Part shown: positions 49,562 to 59,677 of the stretch, in pieces | Position numbering within the stretch: position 1 is the first letter of the stretch | Layout: every line of letters starts with the position of its first letter | Assembly: GCA_003265885.1 (NCBI GenBank) | Contig: QFBQ01000004.1 | Location: 473 to 64,472, forward strand | DNA: 64,000 nucleotides | Direction: 5' to 3' | Source: Candidatus Marinamargulisbacteria bacterium SCGC AG-343-D04 | GTDB lineage: Bacteria; Margulisbacteria; Marinamargulisbacteria; GCA-2716485; GCA-002719695 | Program-made: the position numbers and the translations under genes | Notes under the pieces: model-generated | Told to the model about the DNA's origin: nothing | Database searches by the model: none | What the model saw: the letters and a program-made list of their open reading frames with translations, nothing else

Positions 49562-50938
49562 TTAAATTAATCCTCGATAATCACGTTTTCGTTTGATTTT
49601 ACTCTCAATAAGTTTTTCAACCGCAACTAATTTCTTTTTATCTTTATGTGAATAAAAGCTAATGGCCTTCCCAGACTTACCTGCTCGACCTGTTCTGCCT
49701 ACACGATGAATATATTCTTCACTATTATTGGGGATATCATAGTTGATGACAAGGTCTACATTGGGAATATCTATCCCTCGTGCGGCTATATCACTGCATA
49801 AAAGCGCATAAATACTTCCTGCACGAAAACTTGCGACAACCGCTTCTCTAGCAGATTGCACCACTTTAGAATGTATACAATCTAATTTGTATAATTTTTG
49901 ACGATGAAGTTGTTTTAAAACACGACTTGTTTCGTTGATGGAATTAAAAAAGACCATGGCTTTACCTCTATGTTTACGAAGCAAATAAGCAAGAGCCGTT
50001 AATTTTTCATGATCATTCATTTCAACTAGAACATGTTCCACAGACCCTGCCACACTGGTGGGATTTCCAATTATAATTTCTTCATAGTCACTCGCATATC
50101 GCTTGGCCATTTTTTTAATTTCTGGAAAAAGGGTTGCTGAAAAAAGAAGAGTTTGGTGAGCACCACTTAGTTGTTCATGAATTTTTATTAAATCTTCTTC
50201 AAAGCCCATATCTAACATACGATCAGCCTCATCAAGAACAACATAGCCAGTATAGTTAAGCCAAATGAGCCCTGTATTTAACATATCCAAAAGTCTCCCT
50301 GGCGTCGCAACGAGAATTTTAGGGTATTGTAATAGAGCTTGCTTTTGCATACCCATATCTGTTCCACCTATTACTAATGCAGATGTAATCGAGTCATCGG
50401 TCAGACTTTTCAATGTTTTTTGAATTTGAATAGCAATTTCACGTGTAGGACAAATAATAAGAGCTTGGTCTAATTCTTTTTTATAAAATTTATGAATCAT
50501 AGGAAGTAAAAAAGAGAGTGTCTTTCCAGATCCTGTTTCGGAGGAGCAAAACACATTTTTTCCACTCATGGAAACACCAATGGATTTTTCTTGAACTTCA
50601 GTTGAAAAGGCAAAATTATTTTCCTTTAATTTTTCAAGCACCGTAGGATGAAATCCAAAATCAGAAAAGGCTTTTCCTTTGTATTGAGGGGAAGAAACTT
50701 GGGTATCTTGAGATTTTGTATGTCTGAAAGGTTTATCTTTATGAGACTGATGCTTAGACTGTTGTTTATGGTGTGCTTGTCGTTGTTGACGATGAACATG
50801 TTTTTCTTTTTTTGGATGATGTGAATGGCGTTTTTTTTCTATTTCTTTTTGATTTAAGGGCTTTTTTGAATTCTTTTTTGAAAAAAGTTCATCTTTAACA
50901 GTAGTTAATAGTTTTTTTATTTTTTTACGTAATGTCAC
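49562..50938 (-). CDS. Second DEAD-box RNA helicase with a basic His/Gln/Lys-rich N-terminal extension
   Basis: [37 protein letters not shown]; GTG start. Confidence 0.92.
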   Translation of the reverse strand: MTLRKKIKKLLTTVKDELFSKKNSKKPLNQKEIEKKRHSHHPKKEKHVHRQQRQAHHKQQSKHQSHKDKPFRHTKSQDTQVSSPQYKGKAFSDFGFHPTVLEKLKENNFAFSTEVQEKSIGVSMSGKNVFCSSETGSGKTLSFLLPMIHKFYKKELDQALIICPTREIAIQIQKTLKSLTDDSITSALVIGGTDMGMQKQALLQYPKILVATPGRLLDMLNTGLIWLNYTGYVVLDEADRMLDMGFEEDLIKIHEQLSGAHQTLLFSATLFPEIKKMAKRYASDYEEIIIGNPTSVAGSVEHVLVEMNDHEKLTALAYLLRKHRGKAMVFFNSINETSRVLKQLHRQKLYKLDCIHSKVVQSAREAVVASFRAGSIYALLCSDIAARGIDIPNVDLVINYDIPNNSEEYIHRVGRTGRAGKSGKAISFYSHKDKKKLVAVEKLIESKIKRKRDYRGLI

Positions 50939-51231
50939 TCTATATACCTTTTATCTTATCCATTTATCTTATTCTCTGTAGTAGTTCTGCATCTTTTTTC
51001 TATGTCAAAGAAGAATCTGTCACTATGTTACACCGCTTTAAGACCTTTTAAACTGAAATAAGCAGATTAACCTTTAAAATGTTTTCTCAATCCACACTAA
51101 GACTACCCTGTATTAAAGAATTTGGCAAAAGTTATTAAAAAAAACAGAATTCTCTTAAAAGTATTCATACAAGTCCGTTTTATATAGAAATATGATATAA
51201 TCGACTTAAGACCTTCACTGGAGAACGTTAT

Positions 51232-51528
51232 ATGATATTAGAAGCCGCGGTTTTAAATATAAGACCTGGTCAAGAAAAAAAGTTTGAAGAAGCCTTTTCT
51301 AAAGCACAAAAGATTATTTCAAGTATATCGGGATATGTATCTCATGAACTTCAAAGGTGTATAGAAACATCTAACAGATACATATTGTTAGTGAACTGGA
51401 ATACTATCGAAGATCATACGGTTGGGTTTAGACAATCTGAGGAATATCAAGAATGGCGCAGATTATTACATCATTTTTATGATCCTTTTCCAGAAGTAGA
51501 GCATTATAAGCATGTATTTAAGAGTTAG
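51232..51528 (+). CDS. Antibiotic biosynthesis monooxygenase (ABM) family protein
   Basis: MILEAAVL...YILLVNW...HTVGFRQSEEYQEW...HFYDPFPEVEHY. Confidence 0.9.
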   Translation: MILEAAVLNIRPGQEKKFEEAFSKAQKIISSISGYVSHELQRCIETSNRYILLVNWNTIEDHTVGFRQSEEYQEWRRLLHHFYDPFPEVEHYKHVFKS

Positions 51529-51543
51529 GTAGAATAATAGACC

Positions 51544-52146
51544 ATGACTCCAGAGTCTAAGTATCTCAACGATTATTTAGTGGCAGACCCGGTTGTAAAC
51601 TGGAAAGAGAAAATGGTCTTGGATAAAGCAAATGAGTTAAGCAAAGGGCTTTCTGATACCTTTACGAAAGCCCAGTATTTATTTGAATGGGTCCGAGATA
51701 ACATTCCCCACTCAAAGGATATTGATTCAGACATTGTTACATGTTCTGCAAGTGAGGTATTGAAGGAGGGGACAGGTATTTGTGCAGCAAAAAGCCATTT
51801 ATTAGCGGCATTATGCCGAGCCGTTAAAATTCCTGCTGGTTTTTGTTATCAAAAACTAAAACAAGACCCTCCCTTTACAGGTTTTGTTTTACACAGTTTT
51901 AATGGCATTTATATATCGGAACTTCAAAAGTGGATTATAGTAGATGCGAGAGGAAACACAGGAGATATTAATGCGCAGTTTGACATTAATCAGAAAGGAC
52001 TTGCCTTTCCAACACATTCCGATGAAGGAGAGATATTATATGACCCAATATTTGTTTCTCCAGCACCAGAATATATAGAAACCCTTAACCGGTACAAAAG
52101 CAGAAAAGAAATGTGGGCATTCTTACCCTCAGAGTTACCCCACTAA
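51544..52146 (+). CDS. Transglutaminase-like family protein
   Basis: GICAAKSHLLAALCR (Cys), HSFN (His), VDARG (Asp). Confidence 0.88.
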   Translation: MTPESKYLNDYLVADPVVNWKEKMVLDKANELSKGLSDTFTKAQYLFEWVRDNIPHSKDIDSDIVTCSASEVLKEGTGICAAKSHLLAALCRAVKIPAGFCYQKLKQDPPFTGFVLHSFNGIYISELQKWIIVDARGNTGDINAQFDINQKGLAFPTHSDEGEILYDPIFVSPAPEYIETLNRYKSRKEMWAFLPSELPH

Positions 52147-52205
52147 ACATCAAAGACAGGCCAGAGACATCAAAGATGAGCAACCCCGCGACATCGAAGA
52201 TGAGC
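52147..52205 (+). repeat. Three short direct repeats acatc(a/g)aaga(tgagc)
   Basis: Copies start at 52147, 52167 and 52191. Confidence 0.75.
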
Positions 52206-52240
52206 GAACTAGTCATCCATGCAGAGAGAAGCCACAGCGT

Positions 52241-52331
52241 TCATAAATTTCCAAGCGTGCCGAAATGGCGTAAGGCGCGATATCGAAAGATATGCGACTG
52301 GTGCCATTTCGAGTGCGATTGGGAATTTAGG
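52241..52331 (+). other. GC-rich ~90-nt imperfect hairpin with a GAAA tetraloop, family unknown
   Basis: taaatttccaa/ttgggaattta, cgaaatggc/gccatttcg, atatc-gaaa-gatat; several G-U pairs favour folding of the + strand. Confidence 0.65.
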
Positions 52332-52338
52332 AATGCTG

Positions 52339-52412
52339 TGGCTGGGGTGGCTGGATTCGAACCAACGATCACGAGACCAAAACCCGTTGCCTTGCCGCTT
52401 GGCTACACCCCA
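52339..52412 (-). tRNA. tRNA-Gln (UUG), CCA encoded
   Basis: TGGGGTGTAGCCAAGCGGCAAGGC ACGGG-TTTTGGT-CTCGT...GGTTCGAATCC...CCCCAGCCA. Confidence 0.97.
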
Positions 52413-52465
52413 ACAAAGTGGAACATATATTCTAGAGGAAGATAAGCAAAATGAAAAGATTTGAT

Positions 52466-53116
52466 CTACACTTTTTTATCAACTAAAGATGTTAGGTGTC
52501 GTATCATCAATTTAATTTTAGATTTTCTTTCTTTAGATTTACAGTATTTAAAAGCATTATAGAAAAATTTTAGTGCTTTTTTTTGATCTTTCAATCCTAA
52601 ATAAGCCATAGCCAGAGAATGAGAAAAGTAAAAAGAGTCGAATAGATTCTTATATTGTTGGACAAAGGTAACCACAGAAGAAAAATCTTTTAAGGCAAAT
52701 AAAACGGTGACGTAATGAAGCATTTCATCTTTTTCAGGATTATGAAATGAAAACAGAGTATCTAAATATTCTTTTGCTTTTTGAAAGTGTCCTTTTTGCC
52801 AACTATCTTTAGAGATATAAAACAGTGCTTCTTTATTTTCTGGAAAATGTTTCAAACAATCTTCACATTCCAACAATCGGATATCAGATTCTTGAGATCT
52901 GTAGACTTTATAAACTCCTTGATAATCTTTTAGAGGGTTATACTTATGCATCAAATCGTATTGATCTAATAACTCTTGAACAGACAACACAACCTTTTCT
53001 CTGCCAAAATAGAGTAAAGGTTTTTTACATACCATACAACAATCCACTTCAGAAACAAGCAATGATTTTTCGTCTGGGACAATTTTTTCGCAAGATTTAC
53101 AGTATTTTATACTCAC
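52466..53116 (-). CDS. Hypothetical protein with an N-terminal CxxC...CxxC zinc ribbon and TPR-like helices
   Basis: CKSC...CMVC, CEDC, TPR-like pattern LAMAYLGLKDQKKA. Confidence 0.7.
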   Translation of the reverse strand: MSIKYCKSCEKIVPDEKSLLVSEVDCCMVCKKPLLYFGREKVVLSVQELLDQYDLMHKYNPLKDYQGVYKVYRSQESDIRLLECEDCLKHFPENKEALFYISKDSWQKGHFQKAKEYLDTLFSFHNPEKDEMLHYVTVLFALKDFSSVVTFVQQYKNLFDSFYFSHSLAMAYLGLKDQKKALKFFYNAFKYCKSKERKSKIKLMIRHLTSLVDKKV

Positions 53117-53832
53117 TTATTTTGGTATTGCTCAACAATATCAAGAATTTTTTTTGCAGCCATTTGTTCTGCTCGCTTTTTAGTATCAGAATCTCCCTGA
53201 GAAATAACCACCATTTCATCTATAGTGACAGAGGCTTCGACATGAAACATTTTCTTATGATCCGGTCCTATTTCTTTGACCACTTTATACACTGGCAATT
53301 TACTTTTATATTTTTGACATTTTTCTTGTAAAAGTGTTTTAAAATCATTAAATTCTTCTGAATCTAACTGATCCCGTACCTCTTCCCACAATCTAAAAAA
53401 AAGAGTTTTAGTCTCCTCTAATCCTTTATCTAGATAACAAGCCCCTAACAATGCTTCCATAGCGTTAGCAATCATACTTTTACGCAATACGCCCCCCGAC
53501 TTTTGTTCTCCAAATGACATAAATATATACTGCCCCAAATCAATTTTCATTGCCATTTCAGCTAAAAATTTATCTGAGATAATCTGAGATCTCAATTTAG
53601 ACAACTGTCCCTCGTTATAATCTGGGTATGTATGAAACAAATACTCCGTTACAATAAATTTTAATACAGAATCTCCAAAAAACTCTAACCGTTCATTATG
53701 CTGTTTATCTTTTGGTAAATGTCTAATAAAAGAGCTATGGGTTAAGGCTTCTTTAAGGTAGTCTTTATTAGAAAAAATCACCCCAATTTCCTTTTGCAAA
53801 TCCTCTAAACTATACTCTGGATTTTGACCCAA
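53113..53832 (-). CDS. rnc: Ribonuclease III
   Basis: ALTHSS, NERLEFFGDSVL, EALLGA, dsRBD KTLLQE...GPDH. Confidence 0.97.
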   Translation of the reverse strand: MGQNPEYSLEDLQKEIGVIFSNKDYLKEALTHSSFIRHLPKDKQHNERLEFFGDSVLKFIVTEYLFHTYPDYNEGQLSKLRSQIISDKFLAEMAMKIDLGQYIFMSFGEQKSGGVLRKSMIANAMEALLGACYLDKGLEETKTLFFRLWEEVRDQLDSEEFNDFKTLLQEKCQKYKSKLPVYKVVKEIGPDHKKMFHVEASVTIDEMVVISQGDSDTKKRAEQMAAKKILDIVEQYQNK

Positions 53833-53834
53833 AC

Positions 53835-55838
53835 CTATTTCCTCAACGACAGTTTTCTTAAAAAAACAGATCTAAATAATCGATATAAAAAGAAATAAAT
53901 CAATGTCATGGCTATTCCAAATAACAGTCCTAAAACGGTCCGGTATAAAGAAATGAATAAAGGAGTATGAATATGACAAAACGAATTAATAACCGACACT
54001 AAAGAAATAGATCCTAAAATATTAAAAAACCAAATCCATACTCTAGAAATTTTTTCATCAACAAACATAAACGATAAGATCAAAAAAGGATATCCAATTA
54101 AAAATTCTTTTGTACGAGGCCTAACATAAAAAACAGATTCTAGTAATTCCCTTAAATGCGACTCTGCGTAAAAAGAAGGTAACAAGAGAAAATTCCCACT
54201 CCTAATTAATAAAATAAAGAAGAACGAGATAACCGCAAAAATTGAAATAAGGCCAGCCGTTCTAACTGGCGAATAATAAAGACGACGAAGAACAAAAAAG
54301 GTAGATGTAATACGATGAGGCCTTAAATAAAAAAACAATCCAATCAAAACCAACGGAACCAGAAAAGACAACTTAACACCAAAAAACTGTTCCACACCTT
54401 TAAGAAAGACAATATCAGACAAAAAGCTAATAATTAATATTGCACCTATTAAACAAATACCTAAAATCTTTACTAAATATACAAAGCTTTTAAAAAAGCG
54501 AACGACAAATTTCTTTTCTCCAACTTGTTCCTGTGGAAACTGTGTAATAATAGCCAGGGTAGGAAACAAAACAGCTACAAAAAAAGCCATACATTTTGAA
54601 ATAAACAGATCATATCCAAATTGATTTAATGTATAAATACTTCCCAATGAAAACAAATAAAACGTAAAAATATTAAATAAAGACAATACTTTAAAAAAGC
54701 TAATACAAAACAAGAACGTAGTACATACTGAAAAAATCAACACAATCTTTTCAAAAGGTGTTATGGGTATATAAATTTGCTTTGGAAATTGTTCAACAGA
54801 AAATATATCAAACTCATTATGAATTAAACCTGTTACCACCTTATCTATAAAAACAATATTATAATCAATAATCGATAACTCATTTTTAGAATTAAAATAA
54901 GGATGCAAAAATAGCATATCGACACTTCTCTCTTTAGCAGCTCGTAAATATCGATTCACCGCTTTCCCCATGGACATTTCTTGCAACTCTTCTACATCAA
55001 TACTATGCACACGAAAAACATTGTAAGATAAATCATCCAATAACGTTTTTATTCCTTTTTGATAAAAAAACTCAACTGCCCCAAAACGTATCTGCTTATC
55101 TTCAAATTTCTCTTTTAACAAACCCAACTGAGTGGGATATCCCAACACTGAATCTCCCTCAAACAAAACAGAACTTCCTACAACAGGATCATAAAAACTC
55201 ATTATTTTACTTGTAATCACTCCGGCCTTTAATCGAGTCGTATTCTTTAAACGAAAAAGAGGTTTAAACCCAAATTGTGTAACCAATTTAATATCAGAAT
55301 CCAAGATACCCAACCCAATATTCACCAGATCTTCTCGTGTATCCAAAATCTGTAAAATATGATAGTTTTTTATTTGTTTTACTTTATCAGACCCAAACTC
55401 TATTTTTAGAAATTTTTTAATTCTTTCAAAATCTTTACGTTGAGAAACATATAAATAAAAATATTCTGGTTTAACCTGCCCTTGTTTATACACTTGGCTT
55501 AACAGTGTCCTATTAAGACGCCCAACTCGATGCATATTAATGATTTCAGACCCTTTAATTAAAGCCATTTTTCCAGATTCAATAAAATCATGTAAGGTCA
55601 CTTCCTCAATCGCAATGGTAGTTAAAGAACTTTCTTTATCCAAACGTGTCATTAGAGATTCAATACTTTCACCTCCAACAACAGCCAACTCTCTTAACTC
55701 TCTCAAAGAAACTGCAATTTCAACAGTATTTTTCTGTGTTTCAAACTGGTATCGACGAACCGAAATATTCAGCCCAACTAACAAACTAATAAAAATAACT
55801 GTACAAAAGAAGAAACGCAAAACTTTATTATCAATCAT
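53835..55838 (-). CDS. DUF5693 family membrane protein
   Basis: RAAKERS, RPRTKEFLIGYP, NSFCHIHTP; multi-TM C-terminus. Confidence 0.85.
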   Translation of the reverse strand: MIDNKVLRFFFCTVIFISLLVGLNISVRRYQFETQKNTVEIAVSLRELRELAVVGGESIESLMTRLDKESSLTTIAIEEVTLHDFIESGKMALIKGSEIINMHRVGRLNRTLLSQVYKQGQVKPEYFYLYVSQRKDFERIKKFLKIEFGSDKVKQIKNYHILQILDTREDLVNIGLGILDSDIKLVTQFGFKPLFRLKNTTRLKAGVITSKIMSFYDPVVGSSVLFEGDSVLGYPTQLGLLKEKFEDKQIRFGAVEFFYQKGIKTLLDDLSYNVFRVHSIDVEELQEMSMGKAVNRYLRAAKERSVDMLFLHPYFNSKNELSIIDYNIVFIDKVVTGLIHNEFDIFSVEQFPKQIYIPITPFEKIVLIFSVCTTFLFCISFFKVLSLFNIFTFYLFSLGSIYTLNQFGYDLFISKCMAFFVAVLFPTLAIITQFPQEQVGEKKFVVRFFKSFVYLVKILGICLIGAILIISFLSDIVFLKGVEQFFGVKLSFLVPLVLIGLFFYLRPHRITSTFFVLRRLYYSPVRTAGLISIFAVISFFFILLIRSGNFLLLPSFYAESHLRELLESVFYVRPRTKEFLIGYPFLILSFMFVDEKISRVWIWFFNILGSISLVSVINSFCHIHTPLFISLYRTVLGLLFGIAMTLIYFFLYRLFRSVFLRKLSLRK

Positions 55839-55880
55839 AGATCTTAGTTTACATGATGAAAAATAAGTTGATAAGAGTAA

Positions 55881-56988
55881 TCATGCTTTATAGTGCAACA
55901 AGGAATTAATAAAGGCGTCTAAGTCTCCATCTAACACTGTATTAACATTTGATGTTTCAAAGTTAGTCCGCAAATCTTTAATAAGCTTATACGGGTGTAA
56001 CACATAAGACCTTATTTGATGTCCCCATGCATTTTCTTTTTGCTCTCCTTTTAACTCTGAAACTTCTTCTTTTTTTTGCTCTTTCATTAACACAATAAGT
56101 CTAGATATCAACATCTTCATTGCAGACTCTTTATTGCTACTTTGTGATCTACTGGATTGGCAGGTAGCCACGAGACCTGTAGGCAAATGTGTAACTCTGA
56201 CTGCAGAATCCGTTTTATTGACATGCTGTCCCCCTGCTCCACTTGCTCTATAGGTATCTATTTTCAAATCTTTTGTATCCAACTCTACCTGGCCTACATC
56301 TGTATCGACTTGAGGGAACACTTCAACTGCAGCAAACGACGTTTGTCGTTTATTATTCGCATTATAAGGAGACTGACGTACAAGCCTATGAATCCCCTGC
56401 TCATGCTTTAAAAACCCAAAAATATAATCGCCAGAAATACGCAATGTAGCAGATTTAATTCCAGCTTCATCCCCAGGCGTATACTCTAAAATATCGCATT
56501 CAAACCCTTTTTTTTCACACCATCTCATATACATCCGACACAACATCTCTGCCCAATCCTGAGCATCAGTACCTCCTGCTCCAGCATAAAAACTAAGAAA
56601 GGCATTGTAGTCATCATAAGGGCCCGAAAGTAAAGATTTCAACTCTAAATCCGTCACTTTTTTTGAAAAACAACTCACTAATTCACGATGTTCTTTCATC
56701 AAAGATTCATCCCCAAGCAAAGCCCCATCAGCATCTATCAATTCATATAAAGCCAATACATCTTCTTCTATCGCTCTAATATCGTGTAATTCCTGCAATT
56801 CCTTTTTCTTTTTTGAAAGGGTATTAAACAATTCCTGAGCATTTGGATTATCGACCCAAAAACTTGATTCATTAACTTCTTTTTCTCGCTTTTCTATATC
56901 TCGTTCACATGAAGCTTCGTCAAAGATAGTCTCCTAAAAGGTGAAATGTAGCTTGATCCTTTAAAAATTGTTTTTTTTCTTCATCCAT
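55881..56988 (-). CDS. prfB: Peptide chain release factor 2, translated via programmed +1 frameshift
   Basis: ATG 56988 gives 22 codons (MDEEKKQ...GDYL), then CTT TGA C, then the frame containing AQDWAEML, SGAGGQHVN. Confidence 0.96.
56919..56935 (-). promoter_or_regulatory. prfB +1 frameshift site with internal Shine-Dalgarno
   Basis: AGGAG-AC-TAT-CTT-TGA-C on the minus strand. Confidence 0.96.
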
Positions 56989-57008
56989 AACACAACTCTC
57001 CTCTCTGT

Positions 57009-59594
57009 TTATAAAGTAGACACAAGTTCCCATCCTTCTTGCTTGATCAATGGTTCTGCAACCTTCCATTTCACCTCTTTTTTCCCCCCATTTTTAGAGA
57101 TAACAACCTTATCATTTCTGCCTATTTTGTGTGACACAACGGGATTTGAAGAGGAAGTGACTTTAGTCGCTTCTTTCTTTGCACTATGCGTAGAAATCGA
57201 ATTAATATCGATTACAGAATCATCAGAATGTGATGACGCGTCTTTATTGACCAGAACAGATCGATTAATCAATGTAACAGATTCTTCAGAAATATGACGT
57301 AATAATTCCTTAAACATTCCAAATCCTTCACGTTTATACTCAATCAAAGGATCCCTCTGACCATAAGCACGAAGCCCTATCCCCTCTCTCAAAATATCCA
57401 TATTATATAAATGATCCATCCATTTTTTATCCAAGGTCATCAACATAATTCGTTTCGTGATAATTTCATCAAAAACACCCACTGGATGCTCATTTTTTCT
57501 ATACATATAATAATCATTTAAAACTTTTTTTAATGGGGAGAAACTTTGTTCCTTTATAAGAACAGAAACACTTTCGTCTAAATTTTGTACAGGTAAAAAC
57601 TGCTGAACTCTTACTAAAAAGGCCTTTTTAAGATCCGAATCCTCTAACTCTTTGATCGGGTATTCAAGCTCAAGATCTTCTAAAATCGTATTCACAAAGT
57701 CTGAATACAAACGATCATAGTCTTGCTTAATTAAAATGGAATTCCTAAACCGGTAAATAGTTTCACGTTGTTTATTCAAGACATCATCATATTCTAAAAT
57801 TTGTTTCCGAATGCCAAAATGGTATTTTTCGACCTTTGTCTGAGCCTTTTCCAAAGAACGAGTCACCATACGATGCTCAATCGGCATATCATCAGGCATC
57901 CCTAACTTTTCCATGATAGTTTTAATACGATCAGATCCAAATAAACGCATCAAGTCATCTTCTAAAGACACATAAAATTTGGTCTGACCAGGATCCCCTT
58001 GTCTACCAGAACGCCCTCTAAGCTGATTATCAATCCTTCTAGATTCATGTCGAGAAGATCCCATAACATACAGCCCCCCCAAATCAACAACTCCTTCACC
58101 TAAAACAATATCCGTTCCACGTCCAGCCATATTGGTAGCAATCGTTACCGCTCCACGTTGACCTGCATTCGCAATAATCTCGGCTTCTTTCTCATGAAAT
58201 TTAGCATTCAGCACATTGTGAACTACCCCTTGTTTTTTTAATAGTCTAGAAAGAACTTCTGATGTTTCAATCGCAATCGTTCCTAATAAAACCGGCTGCC
58301 CCTTTTCATGCAAACGTTTAACATCTTCTACAATCGCACCAAATTTAGCTTCTTTAGATTTATAAACCACATCTGATTCATCTTCACGAACAATAGGTTT
58401 ATTCGTAGGGATCACCATAACAGACAAACCGTATATTTTTTCAAACTCAGACGCCTCTGTAGCCGCCGTCCCTGTCATACCTGCTAACTTTGGAAATAGT
58501 CGAAAATAGTTTTGAAAGGTAATACTAGCTAAGGTCTGACTTTCTTCTTGAATAGTTAATCCTTCAATAGCTTCAATAGATTGATGTAATCCATCCGAAA
58601 ATCGTCGCCCCTCCATTAAACGACCTGTAAACTCATCTACAATCAATACCTGTCCCTCTTTCACAACATAATCCACATCTTTTTTAAATAAATGCAACGC
58701 TTTCAAACACTGCACAGCCATATGCGCAACATCCATATTTTCTACTGAAAAAATATCTGAAAGCCCCATTTCTTTTTCAATAAGAGAAATTCCATCATCT
58801 GTTAACACAATATTTTTATGTTTTTCATCCATCGTATAATGATCTTTGATCTTCATTCGTTTAGAAATTTTAGCCAATTTAACATACTTACTTGTAGAGT
58901 CTTTAATGGGTCCAGAAATAATAAGTGGGGTTCTTGCTTCATCGACCAAAATACTATCTACTTCATCAATAATGGCATAATGGCGCCTCAATTGGCAGCA
59001 CTGAGACTTATCACCTACTAAGTGATCTCTTAAGTAATCGAATCCATATTCATTATTTGTCCCAAACGTAATATCACATTCGTAAGCCTTTAGCCGTTCT
59101 TCTGGATCCATCCCCGACTGAATCAAGCCCACAGACAATCCTAAATAAGAATAAATTTGCCCCATCCATTCGCTATCTCGTTTAGCTAAGTAGTCATTAA
59201 CCGTAACAATATAAACACCTTTTCCTTCCAAAGCATTTAAATAGGCAGGCAAGGTAGCCATTAAGGTTTTTCCTTCTCCCGTTTTCATTTCAGATATCAT
59301 ACCTCTATGCATGACCATGCCCCCAATTAATTGAACATCAAAGTGTCTCATATTAAGCACACGTTTCGAAACTTCTCTAACACAAGCAAACACATCTACC
59401 AACAAATCATCCAATGTTTTCCCTGATTTCATCAGTTGTTTAAACTCATCAGTCTTTGCTTTTAACTGGTCGTCTGATAATGATTCAAAGTCCGCCTCTT
59501 TTGCGTTAATGAGATCTACTTTTTGGTAATAAGGCTTTAAAGCCTTGTCCATAGGGTTCCCTAAAATTCGTTTAATCATTTTTTTTATTGGCAT
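57009..59594 (-). CDS. secA: Preprotein translocase ATPase SecA
   Basis: MKTGEGKT, IIDEVDSILVDEARTPLIISG, ATNMAGRGTDI, RRIDNQLRGRSGRQGDPG. Confidence 0.98.
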   Translation of the reverse strand: MPIKKMIKRILGNPMDKALKPYYQKVDLINAKEADFESLSDDQLKAKTDEFKQLMKSGKTLDDLLVDVFACVREVSKRVLNMRHFDVQLIGGMVMHRGMISEMKTGEGKTLMATLPAYLNALEGKGVYIVTVNDYLAKRDSEWMGQIYSYLGLSVGLIQSGMDPEERLKAYECDITFGTNNEYGFDYLRDHLVGDKSQCCQLRRHYAIIDEVDSILVDEARTPLIISGPIKDSTSKYVKLAKISKRMKIKDHYTMDEKHKNIVLTDDGISLIEKEMGLSDIFSVENMDVAHMAVQCLKALHLFKKDVDYVVKEGQVLIVDEFTGRLMEGRRFSDGLHQSIEAIEGLTIQEESQTLASITFQNYFRLFPKLAGMTGTAATEASEFEKIYGLSVMVIPTNKPIVREDESDVVYKSKEAKFGAIVEDVKRLHEKGQPVLLGTIAIETSEVLSRLLKKQGVVHNVLNAKFHEKEAEIIANAGQRGAVTIATNMAGRGTDIVLGEGVVDLGGLYVMGSSRHESRRIDNQLRGRSGRQGDPGQTKFYVSLEDDLMRLFGSDRIKTIMEKLGMPDDMPIEHRMVTRSLEKAQTKVEKYHFGIRKQILEYDDVLNKQRETIYRFRNSILIKQDYDRLYSDFVNTILEDLELEYPIKELEDSDLKKAFLVRVQQFLPVQNLDESVSVLIKEQSFSPLKKVLNDYYMYRKNEHPVGVFDEIITKRIMLMTLDKKWMDHLYNMDILREGIGLRAYGQRDPLIEYKREGFGMFKELLRHISEESVTLINRSVLVNKDASSHSDDSVIDINSISTHSAKKEATKVTSSSNPVVSHKIGRNDKVVISKNGGKKEVKWKVAEPLIKQEGWELVSTL

Positions 59595-59677
59595 AAATAT
59601 TCCTTCTATAGACTAGTCTTAATAAACAGAAATTATAATACAGCTTTAATAGAGAGTCTAATTATATAAAAATCAAA

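Noticed and set aside
52147-52205. Possible mini CRISPR array
   Set aside because: Repeats are only 10-15 nt with 9-10 nt spacers, and no cas genes are present.
52241-52331. Call as a bona fide integron attC site
   Set aside because: The core AAC/GTT triplets read AAA/TTT, there is no integrase or second site, and no cassette precedes it on the implied strand. Kept only as an unexplained element.
52113-52464. ORFs 52113-52445 and 52219-52464
   Set aside because: They run antisense across tRNA-Gln and the hairpin; they are by-products of GC-rich non-coding DNA.
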